A DNA stretch of 32,000 nucleotides from an uncultured Caldimicrobium sp. (GTDB lineage Bacteria; Desulfobacterota; Thermodesulfobacteria; Thermodesulfobacteriales; Thermodesulfobacteriaceae). The notes beneath the pieces were generated by a model. It was not told the origin of the DNA and did no database searches. It was given only the letters and a program-made list of their open reading frames with translations. The stretch spans positions 28,645 through 60,644 of the forward strand of contig CAZBLU010000001.1 in the NCBI GenBank assembly GCA_964493015.1. The letters run 5' to 3'. Position numbers and translations under genes: made by a program. Below, in pieces: positions 26,353-32,000 of the stretch (the first letter of the stretch is position 1; the number at the start of each line of letters is the position of its first letter).

Positions 26353-26739
26353 ATGGAAATTATAACTGTCAAGACCACCAAAAAGACGGAATTAATTGAC
26401 ATTACTTCAGACATTGAAAAGGTTCTCCCTCATAAAGACGGGCTTTGTATCCTTTTTAATCCCCATACAACCGCTGGTATAATCGTTAACGAAGGGGCTG
26501 ACCCTTCCGTAAAGGAAGATATCTTGGCCATATATGGACATATAGCCCCTGAAAAATATCCCTATAAACATTTGGAGGGAAACTCTCCTGGACACATAAA
26601 AGCAAGTCTTACAGGGCCAAGCATGGTGCTCCTTGTGGAGAAGGGAAAGCTTGTGCTTGGCACCTGGCAGAGGGTCTTCTTTGCTGAATACGATGGTCCA
26701 CGCACAAGAAAGATTTATATTAAATTCATTGAAGGTTAA
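26353..26739 (+). CDS. YjbQ/UPF0047 family protein (secondary thiamine-phosphate synthase-like)
   Basis: 128 aa with GLCILFNPHTTAGIIVNEGADPSV, GHIKASLTG and LGTWQRVFFAEYDGPR. Confidence 0.85.
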   Translation: MEIITVKTTKKTELIDITSDIEKVLPHKDGLCILFNPHTTAGIIVNEGADPSVKEDILAIYGHIAPEKYPYKHLEGNSPGHIKASLTGPSMVLLVEKGKLVLGTWQRVFFAEYDGPRTRKIYIKFIEG

Positions 26740-26743
26740 AATT

Positions 26744-27505
26744 ATGCGCAAAATACTTTTAGGGCTTATACTTTTAGTTGCTCTAATTTCTTGCAAGGCT
26801 CAGCCTCAATATTACCAGGACAAAATTACTTCCCATAAAGAAGTGGCTAAGCTTTACATTGCTGAGGGTCGTTATACTGAAGCTCTCAAAGAGCTTGAGC
26901 AAGCTAAAAAAACCATAGAGTGTGATGCCGAAACTTATAATCTCTTAGCCACAGTTTATATGGCCAAAAAGGAATATGAAAAGGCAGAAGAGGCCCTAAA
27001 TGAGGCCTTAAAAAGGGATCCTAACTATTCAGAGGCCTATACCAATTATGGAACCTTAAGGATGCTGCAGGGAAGGTATCAGGAAGCTATACAATATTTC
27101 GAAAGGGCCCTTGAAAATCCTCTATACCTTAATGCCCATTTAGCCTTAACTAACATGGGCTGGGCCTATTACCAACTGGGAGACAAGGAAAAGGCCGTAA
27201 ATACCCTTTATTCAGCTATAAGAGAAAATGCAAGGGCCTCCAAGGCTTTAATTTATCTTGCTCTCATCCATTTAAACGAGGGTGACTTGAATTCTGCTGA
27301 GTTTTATCTCAAACGGGTTCTTAAATACGACAGGGGCTCATTAGAGGCCCGTTACTACTTAGGGGAAGTCTTTTTTAGGCAAGGGAAGCTTAACCTGGCA
27401 AAAGAAATATGGAATTCCGTTATTCAGCTCAATCCTGGCTCTGAATGGGGGAACCTTGCCGAAGATAGGCTCTATTTTCTCCAAAAATTAGAATCCCCTA
27501 AGTGA
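26744..27505 (+). CDS. TPR-repeat lipoprotein (PilW/PilF-like)
   Basis: The ATG at 26744 gives MRKILLGLILLVALISC, a lipobox. At least five TPR units follow (AKLYIAEGRYTEA..., ATVYMAKKEYEKA..., etc.). The 26633 start in the ORF track would overlap yjbQ and was rejected. Confidence 0.7.
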   Translation: MRKILLGLILLVALISCKAQPQYYQDKITSHKEVAKLYIAEGRYTEALKELEQAKKTIECDAETYNLLATVYMAKKEYEKAEEALNEALKRDPNYSEAYTNYGTLRMLQGRYQEAIQYFERALENPLYLNAHLALTNMGWAYYQLGDKEKAVNTLYSAIRENARASKALIYLALIHLNEGDLNSAEFYLKRVLKYDRGSLEARYYLGEVFFRQGKLNLAKEIWNSVIQLNPGSEWGNLAEDRLYFLQKLESPK

Positions 27506-29119
27506 ACTCTTTAGGGCTTCTCCCTTTTCCAAATAGGCTTCAAGTCTATTCAGAGCCTTAATGAGGGCCTTCAAACTGGCAATTACAATATCTCCGTCTT
27601 TACCCAGGCCAGCAGACCTCTTCCCCGTAGTGTTCTCAAGGATGACCCCGCAAATACCCTCAGCCGAAGTGCCTCCAGAGAGGGCATCAATGTGAAAATC
27701 TATAAGCTTTAGGGCCTTCTTATTTGGCTCGCCACTAAAGGTATATCCCAGGGCCTCTGCTACAGCCTTATAGGCTGCATCAATGGGCCCTACCCCAAGA
27801 CCAACAGAAACCTTTTTTCCCTCTTTCCTATCCTCTATTTCCACTTGGGCAATAGGTCTGAGAGATCCACTCAACACGCTTATCACCTGAGAAGATAAAA
27901 GCTGATATCTATAACTTTCTTCCAAGAGAAGATCAAGGACGATCCCTTCTAAATAGGCTTCATCAACCTGCCTAAGAAAATCTTTCACCTCTTCCCTGTA
28001 GCGTTCAAAGACCTTGTCTAAAAGCTCTTTATTCAACTTCCAGCCTAAGCTTTCCAGTTTAAAGGAGAGGGCATGTCTCCCAGAGTGTTTTCCAAGAACA
28101 ATAGCAGAGCCTGTCCAGCCGATGTCTTCAGGATTAATAATTTCATAGGTAGTTCTCTCACAGAGCACTCCGTGTTGATGAATACCTGATTCGTGAGCAA
28201 AGGCATTGGCTCCCACAATAGCCTTATTTGGCTGAACAACCATACCTGTATAACTCGAAACAAGCTGACTTACAGGAACTATCTTTTTAGTATTAATTTT
28301 TATCTCTGGCTCATAGCCAAGTTTCTCTCTAAAGAAATCTGCCCTGGTTTTAAGGGCCATGATAATCTCCTCTAAGGCGGCATTACCTGCCCTCTCTCCA
28401 ATGCCATTAATAGTGCCCTCCACCTGAGTGGCCCCAGCAAGGATAGCAGAAAGAGAATTGGCTACCGCAAGGCCAAGATCATTGTGACAGTGAACAGAAA
28501 GTCTTAATCTTCCAGCCCTTAAGGCCTCTTCATAACCCGCTTCTATAAGCCGCTCCACGAGAAATTTGATTAGCGAGTAATACTCCTGAGGCACGGTGTA
28601 ACCCACTGTGTCTGGAATATTAATCGTACTTGCCCCTGACTTTACTACCTCTAAGACCACCTGAGCCAGAAATTCTCGATCACTCCTTGTGGCATCCTCA
28701 GCAGAGAATTCCACATCAGGGCAGAGACTCCTTGCAAAGGAGACCGCTTCTTTAGCAATCTCTAAAACCTCATCCCTTGTCTTTTTAAGTTTGTATTTAA
28801 GATGTATGTCTGAAGTGGCAATAAATGTATGAATCCTTGGGGATTCTGCCACTTTTATAGCCTCCCAAGCAACCTCTATGTCTTTTTTATTGGCCCGAGC
28901 AAGGGCAGCTATGGTTACTCCCTTTACCTCTTTAGCCAAGGTTTGCACAGCCTTAAAATCTCCAGGAGAAGTAATAGGGAAACCAGCTTCAATAACATCA
29001 ATGCCAAGCTCTGCAAGAGCCCTACCAATCTCTATTTTCTGTTTGATATTAAGAGAAACCCCAGGAGATTGCTCCCCATCTCTAAGGGTGGTATCAAAAA
29101 AGATTATCCTCGGATGCAA
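27488..29119 (-). CDS. leuA: 2-isopropylmalate synthase (a citramalate synthase cannot be excluded)
   Basis: 543 aa with DTTLRDGEQSPG, SVHCHNDLGLAVANS, NGIGERAGNAALEE, HESGIHQ and a C-terminal LeuA-dimer/regulatory-like region. The TTG start has GGAGGTG 4-5 nt upstream. Confidence 0.88.
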   Translation of the reverse strand: MHPRIIFFDTTLRDGEQSPGVSLNIKQKIEIGRALAELGIDVIEAGFPITSPGDFKAVQTLAKEVKGVTIAALARANKKDIEVAWEAIKVAESPRIHTFIATSDIHLKYKLKKTRDEVLEIAKEAVSFARSLCPDVEFSAEDATRSDREFLAQVVLEVVKSGASTINIPDTVGYTVPQEYYSLIKFLVERLIEAGYEEALRAGRLRLSVHCHNDLGLAVANSLSAILAGATQVEGTINGIGERAGNAALEEIIMALKTRADFFREKLGYEPEIKINTKKIVPVSQLVSSYTGMVVQPNKAIVGANAFAHESGIHQHGVLCERTTYEIINPEDIGWTGSAIVLGKHSGRHALSFKLESLGWKLNKELLDKVFERYREEVKDFLRQVDEAYLEGIVLDLLLEESYRYQLLSSQVISVLSGSLRPIAQVEIEDRKEGKKVSVGLGVGPIDAAYKAVAEALGYTFSGEPNKKALKLIDFHIDALSGGTSAEGICGVILENTTGKRSAGLGKDGDIVIASLKALIKALNRLEAYLEKGEALKSSLRGF

Positions 29120-29183
29120 TGTCCACCTCCAATTTATATTTATTATAAAATTAAACTTGTTTCACCTTTTTTCAAGGCTAATA

Positions 29184-29209
29184 TGGTATAATCAATCAAA
29201 ATTATAACA
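29184..29209. promoter_or_regulatory. Inverted pair of extended -10-like elements: TGGTATAAT-N8-ATTATAACA
   Basis: Read directly. The plus strand has TGgTATAAT (29184-29192). The minus strand has TGtTATAAT (29209-29201). Together they form an 8/9 palindrome in the leuA/yihY divergent spacer. Confidence 0.45.
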
Positions 29210-29304
29210 CTAAGGTAAAAGCTTAAAAGGGTAGATCTATTTTTGACCTCTATTCAACCTGAAAGCTTACGAAAAAACAAAAAAATGTTAAAATTAAGTT
29301 TGGA

Positions 29305-30462
29305 ATGAGAAAAATTAAGCTCACCAAAGGGCTCTCTTTATCACCCATTAAGTTCTTTTGGGGAAAATTGGCTCACGATAATATTTTGTTGTATGCACAG
29401 GGGTTGACTTTCAACACCTTGCTTACCCTTATTCCCCTTTCTGGTCTAATCTTTTCCCTTGGTAGAAGTTTTCTTCATGAAGAGCTTATCCTTCAGAGGG
29501 CCTTTCTTTTCTTATCAAATTACCTTACTGCGGAGGCCCTTATTTCTGCTTTAGAGCGCATCATTGATCTCTTGGGAAATTTGCGCAAACTCCCTTTAGG
29601 AAGATATAGTTTACTTCTCTATTTCTTCATGAGTCTGGGTCTTCTTTTTCAAATTGAGGATATCTTAAACAAAATCTTTCTTGCCTTTAAAAAACGAAGT
29701 ATAAAAGAGAGAATACTCTTTTATTGGGTAGCCCTAACCCTTGCCCCCTTTCTCTTTCTGCTACCCATTTTTCTGCAGACCTCTCCTAATATACCCTCAA
29801 AGTTTCAATATTTAAGCTATTTTGCCTTTCTCTTTGTCTTTTTCTATCTGATTTACACCTATTTTCCTGCCAGAAGAATAGGTAAAAAAGCATCCCTTTT
29901 AGGGGCCTTTGTTACCACCTTCTTTTGGTATCTTGTTACCTTAGGTTTTGGCTTTTATGTAAAAAAGGCTATAGTATATTCCAAACTATATGGGAGTCTC
30001 TCCGTAATCCCTATTTTTTTGCTTTTCCTATTTGTCAATTGGATGATCTTTCTTTTTGGTGCAGAAATCACTTATATGATTGAGAAAAAGCCTTGGAAAA
30101 AGGGCTATCTACCTCTTTCCTCACCTTTTAGGGAATTCTTTTTGATGCTCTATTTGAGTAAAACCTTTTATGAAGGCAGTCTTTGCTCAATTAGGGAGCT
30201 TGAAAAAAATTTCCCTTTAGCTAATGAAGACATACTAAAAGCTCTTGAAACTCTGGAAAAAAGGAAATTCATCTACATAAAAGATGAAGAGATCTTCTTT
30301 AGAACACCTCCAGAAAAGATCACCCTTCTCCAATTTTTTGATTTAACCTCCATCCAAGAGCTTAGGACCTATTTTCCAGTGTTGGCAGAGGTCTTCTCTG
30401 AAGTTTGCGAAATCAGAGAATTACTCTTAGAGCGAAGCCTTAAAGATTTTATTAAGGCGTAA
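29305..30462 (+). CDS. YihY/BrkB (virulence factor BrkB / formerly RNase BN) family membrane protein with a C-terminal soluble extension
   Basis: 385 aa with LYAQGLTFNTLLTLIPL, multiple TM helices and ...FGAEITY. A ~115-aa C-terminal non-membrane region looks winged-helix-like. Confidence 0.75.
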   Translation: MRKIKLTKGLSLSPIKFFWGKLAHDNILLYAQGLTFNTLLTLIPLSGLIFSLGRSFLHEELILQRAFLFLSNYLTAEALISALERIIDLLGNLRKLPLGRYSLLLYFFMSLGLLFQIEDILNKIFLAFKKRSIKERILFYWVALTLAPFLFLLPIFLQTSPNIPSKFQYLSYFAFLFVFFYLIYTYFPARRIGKKASLLGAFVTTFFWYLVTLGFGFYVKKAIVYSKLYGSLSVIPIFLLFLFVNWMIFLFGAEITYMIEKKPWKKGYLPLSSPFREFFLMLYLSKTFYEGSLCSIRELEKNFPLANEDILKALETLEKRKFIYIKDEEIFFRTPPEKITLLQFFDLTSIQELRTYFPVLAEVFSEVCEIRELLLERSLKDFIKA

Positions 30463-30509
30463 ACCAGAATCCGTCTAAGTGATTTCGCAGTGTGAATAAA
30501 ATTTAGTCA

Positions 30510-30594
30510 TGCCGAGGGCGGGAGTCGAACCCGCACGGGGGTGAACCCCAGTGGATTTTGAGTCCACCGCGTCTGCCAGTTCCGCCACCTCGGC
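30510..30594 (-). tRNA. tRNA-Leu (anticodon CAA)
   Basis: The minus strand reads GCCGAGGTGGCGGAACTGGCAGACGCGGTGGACTCAAAATCCACTGGGGTTCACCCCCGTGCGGGTTCGACTCCCGCCCTCGGCA. It has a 7-bp acceptor stem (GCCGAGG/CCTCGGC), an anticodon stem GTGGA/TCCAC with loop CTCAAAA, a long variable arm (GGGG..CCCC) and a T-arm GCGGG-TTCGACT-CCCGC. CCA is not encoded. Confidence 0.93.
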
Positions 30595-30627
30595 TTTGCT
30601 TTTTAAATTTTAATACAAAATATCAAT

Positions 30628-31122
30628 CTAACAACCTTCTACCTTCTTCTTGGGGGTTGGCTTAGGGGCTTGAGTAGGCTCCTTTGTTTGATTGCTAACC
30701 TGACCCTCCTTCTTAGGAGCCTTCTCTACAGGCACATCCCCCTTAGTAGCATTCACTGAAGTGCTCGGAGAAACCTTTCCACGTCTTTTGCCCTTTTTCT
30801 CTGTGGCATTTGTTACCTTAACTTGCGCAGCTTTAGCACTGCCTTTGGTCTCCTCTTTTACCCTTGTCTCTCTTGCCTTGACCTCATTAAAGGCCCTTTT
30901 AATATCCTCGTCACTTACCTGCTTATGTAAGGCTTTTTTAGTCGACTTGTTACGAAGATGATCAATAAGCTCAGCCTCACTTTTGGCTCCCACCTTTTTA
31001 ATATTCTCTACCACCACTTCAAGCTTACCATGGCACTTTAAACAAGGTAAATCTGAACTCCATCCTTGAGTAACGCTAAAAATTATCCCTCCTGCTAAAA
31101 TTAAAGAAACAAATCTCTTCAT
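30628..31122 (-). CDS. Secreted monohaem c-type cytochrome-like protein with a lysine-rich low-complexity tail
   Basis: The ATG at 31122 has AGGAGGTG upstream and gives the signal peptide MKRFVSLILAGGIIFSVTQGWSS. A single CLKCH (CxxCH) motif follows. The C-terminal ~90 aa are K/T/P/E-rich and end in ...KKKVEGC. The 31170 start in the ORF track was rejected. Confidence 0.65.
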   Translation of the reverse strand: MKRFVSLILAGGIIFSVTQGWSSDLPCLKCHGKLEVVVENIKKVGAKSEAELIDHLRNKSTKKALHKQVSDEDIKRAFNEVKARETRVKEETKGSAKAAQVKVTNATEKKGKRRGKVSPSTSVNATKGDVPVEKAPKKEGQVSNQTKEPTQAPKPTPKKKVEGC

Positions 31123-31271
31123 GGCACACCTCCTATTTTTTTTCTTTGTAATATTCAAAATACATGCCAAAAGGTATAAAAATTCCCCATCATGAAGGCT
31201 TTGCAGGTATTAAGCCTTTACAAAAAGCAAGATGGCTCTCCCTCTCTTTTCTCTTCAAACCTACAAAATAG

Positions 31272-31300
31272 TTACTCTTCCAAAGACAAAATGGTATGAT
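31272..31300 (+). promoter_or_regulatory. Candidate extended -10 promoter for the iorA-like gene
   Basis: TGgTATGAT lies at 31292-31300, with TTACTC 17 nt upstream (31272-31277). A GGGGGGA SD lies at ~31323-31329 and the ATG at 31334. Confidence 0.45.
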
Positions 31301-31333
31301 ATATTTAGGGACAATGCATAACGGGGGGATCTT

Positions 31334-32000
31334 ATGAGCAAAATTTTAATGCTTGGAACTGATGCAGTGGCCAGAGGTGCCCTTGAAGCTGGGATCTCCT
31401 ATGCCACCTCCTATCCTGGCACTCCTGCCACTCAGATCTTAGAATACATCGCCAAAAACTCCTCTGTCCCCTGTGAATGGTCTGTCAATGAAAAGGTGGC
31501 CTATGAGGTGGCCTATGGGGTTAGCCTTACGGGAAGGCGAGTGCTTTGCTCTATGAAACACGTGGGTCTAAATGTAGCCTCAGACCCCTTCATGACCTCA
31601 AGCTATCTTGGGGTAAGAGGAGGCCTTGTCCTTGCCGTTGGAGATGACCCTGGAGCCTATTCCTCCCAAAATGAACAGGACTCCCGTTTCTACGCCCTCT
31701 TTGCTAAGATCCCCTGTCTTGAACCCTATGACGGGGAAACTGCTAAAGAATTCACTCGCCTTGCCTTTGATATATCTGAGGAGCTTGGTCTACCTGTGAT
31801 GCTAAGAAGCCATACCAGGCTTCTTCATTGCTATAGCCCCGTAACCTTAGGTGAGCTCAGGCAAGAATCCCCTGTAGATCTCAAGAAAGATCCTCTTCAC
31901 CTTATTGCCATCCCAAGACATGTTATCCCTCTCCACAAAGAGTTAAACGCCAAACAGGCTAAAATTAGGGAAATTCTTAACCGCCACAAATTTAACGAAA
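31334..32000 (+). CDS. iorA: Indolepyruvate:ferredoxin oxidoreductase alpha-subunit-like protein, N-terminal part (runs off window)
   Basis: My translation is MSKILMLGTDAVARGALEAGISYATSYPGTPATQILEYIAK...KVAYEVAYGVSLTGRRVLCSMKHVGLNVASDPFMTSSY.GVRGGLVLAVGDDPGAYSSQNEQDSRFY.... This matches the IorA / 2-oxoacid:ferredoxin oxidoreductase pattern. The ORF is open to the window end and is absent from the ORF track because it has no stop. Confidence 0.7.
   Translation, partial: MSKILMLGTDAVARGALEAGISYATSYPGTPATQILEYIAKNSSVPCEWSVNEKVAYEVAYGVSLTGRRVLCSMKHVGLNVASDPFMTSSYLGVRGGLVLAVGDDPGAYSSQNEQDSRFYALFAKIPCLEPYDGETAKEFTRLAFDISEELGLPVMLRSHTRLLHCYSPVTLGELRQESPVDLKKDPLHLIAIPRHVIPLHKELNAKQAKIREILNRHKFNE

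Noticed and set aside
26407-26796. 129-aa minus-strand ORF antisense to yjbQ, and the 26633 upstream start of the TPR ORF.
   Set aside because: yjbQ motifs are unambiguous on the plus strand. The TPR protein has an obvious lipoprotein signal starting at the ATG at 26744, so the 37-codon extension overlapping yjbQ is an ORF-caller artefact.
28045-29207. ORFs 28045-28263 (-), 28193-28375 (+), 28829-29191 (+) and 28878-29207 (+), overlapping leuA.
   Set aside because: They overlap a conserved leuA coding sequence, either antisense or out of frame. Those at 28829 and 28878 run into the promoter spacer but have no SD.
29120-29304. T-box, leader-peptide attenuator or other riboswitch upstream of leuA.
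   Set aside because: The candidate leader is at most ~80 nt and very AT-rich. It has no Leu-codon-rich mini-ORF, no specifier or T-box sequence and no terminator/antiterminator hairpins that I could find.
30463-30627. tRNA-Leu as an integration hotspot with a genomic island nearby.
   Set aside because: No integrase, no recognisable direct repeat of the tRNA 3' end and no mobile genes appear on either side within the window. The flanking genes look like ordinary chromosomal genes.
2766-31170. Longer N-terminal extensions given by the ORF track (3215 TTG for the FeS gene, 5205 GTG for tpi, 13808 GTG for GYD, 31170 ATG for the cytochrome).
   Set aside because: In each case an internal ATG is preceded by a well-spaced GGAGG-type SD and yields the family-typical N-terminus or signal peptide. 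The extension would bury that SD inside coding sequence.
31192-31299. 35-codon plus-strand ORF (MKALQVLSLYKKQDGSPSLFSSNLQNSYSSKDKMV) in the cytochrome/iorA spacer, plus a 7-bp hairpin AAGGCTT-N10-AAGCCTT at about 31195-31218.
   Set aside because: It has no SD, its composition is low-complexity, and it overlaps the proposed iorA promoter. The hairpin is short and has no T-tract.
1-32000. Window-wide scan by eye for CRISPR arrays, transposase or integrase genes, long inverted or direct repeats, rRNA genes, and defence or toxin-antitoxin modules.
   Set aside because: None was seen. All long ORFs are accounted for by housekeeping or metabolic families or the few orphans listed. The only repeats are the short ones reported. 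A computational repeat search could still reveal dispersed short repeats that I missed.

Overview
This window reads as a densely packed core-chromosome segment from a thermophilic, anaerobic, diderm bacterium. The markers are reverse gyrase, PEP synthase, an indolepyruvate:ferredoxin-oxidoreductase-like gene, a superoxide-reductase-fold protein and a complex I operon that goes nuoA-B-C-D straight to nuoH. The DNA is moderately AT-rich by eye (not computed). A Thermodesulfobacteriota- or Aquificota-like origin is only a guess. I support about 36 protein-coding genes, one tRNA-Leu(CAA), one helicase pseudogene, two bidirectional hairpin terminators and several sigma70-like promoters. Gene groups are nuoH<-D<-C<-B<-A<-FeS protein; scpA-like<-tpi<-pgk; ribH<-ftsB<-orphan<-ppsA; tpx-pfpI-wrbA-queH; hslV-hslU-MFS; rimO<-panD<-panC<-L,D-transpeptidase; yjbQ-TPR lipoprotein; and leuA. 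Many neighbouring genes overlap by 1-40 nt. I found no CRISPR array, transposase, integrase, prophage or recognisable defence or toxin module, and I cannot honestly point to a convincing new multi-gene system. The most unusual items are: (1) a triosephosphate isomerase fused in frame to a YccU-type CoA-binding domain; (2) a cytoplasmic four-cluster DmsB/PsrB-type FeS protein sitting 6 nt upstream of a NuoEFG-less nuo operon; (3) a Tat-signal-bearing superoxide-reductase-fold protein convergent with a thiol/quinone redox-stress operon; (4) a methionine-free monohaem CxxCH protein with a long lysine-rich tail; (5) an orphan secreted poly-proline protein wedged between ppsA and ftsB; (6) a decayed DEAD-box helicase relic; and (7) regulatory oddities, namely a palindromic pair of extended -10 elements, phased 10-bp AT repeats and leaderless-looking starts. 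Every functional call comes from motif recognition by eye. None was checked by database search.
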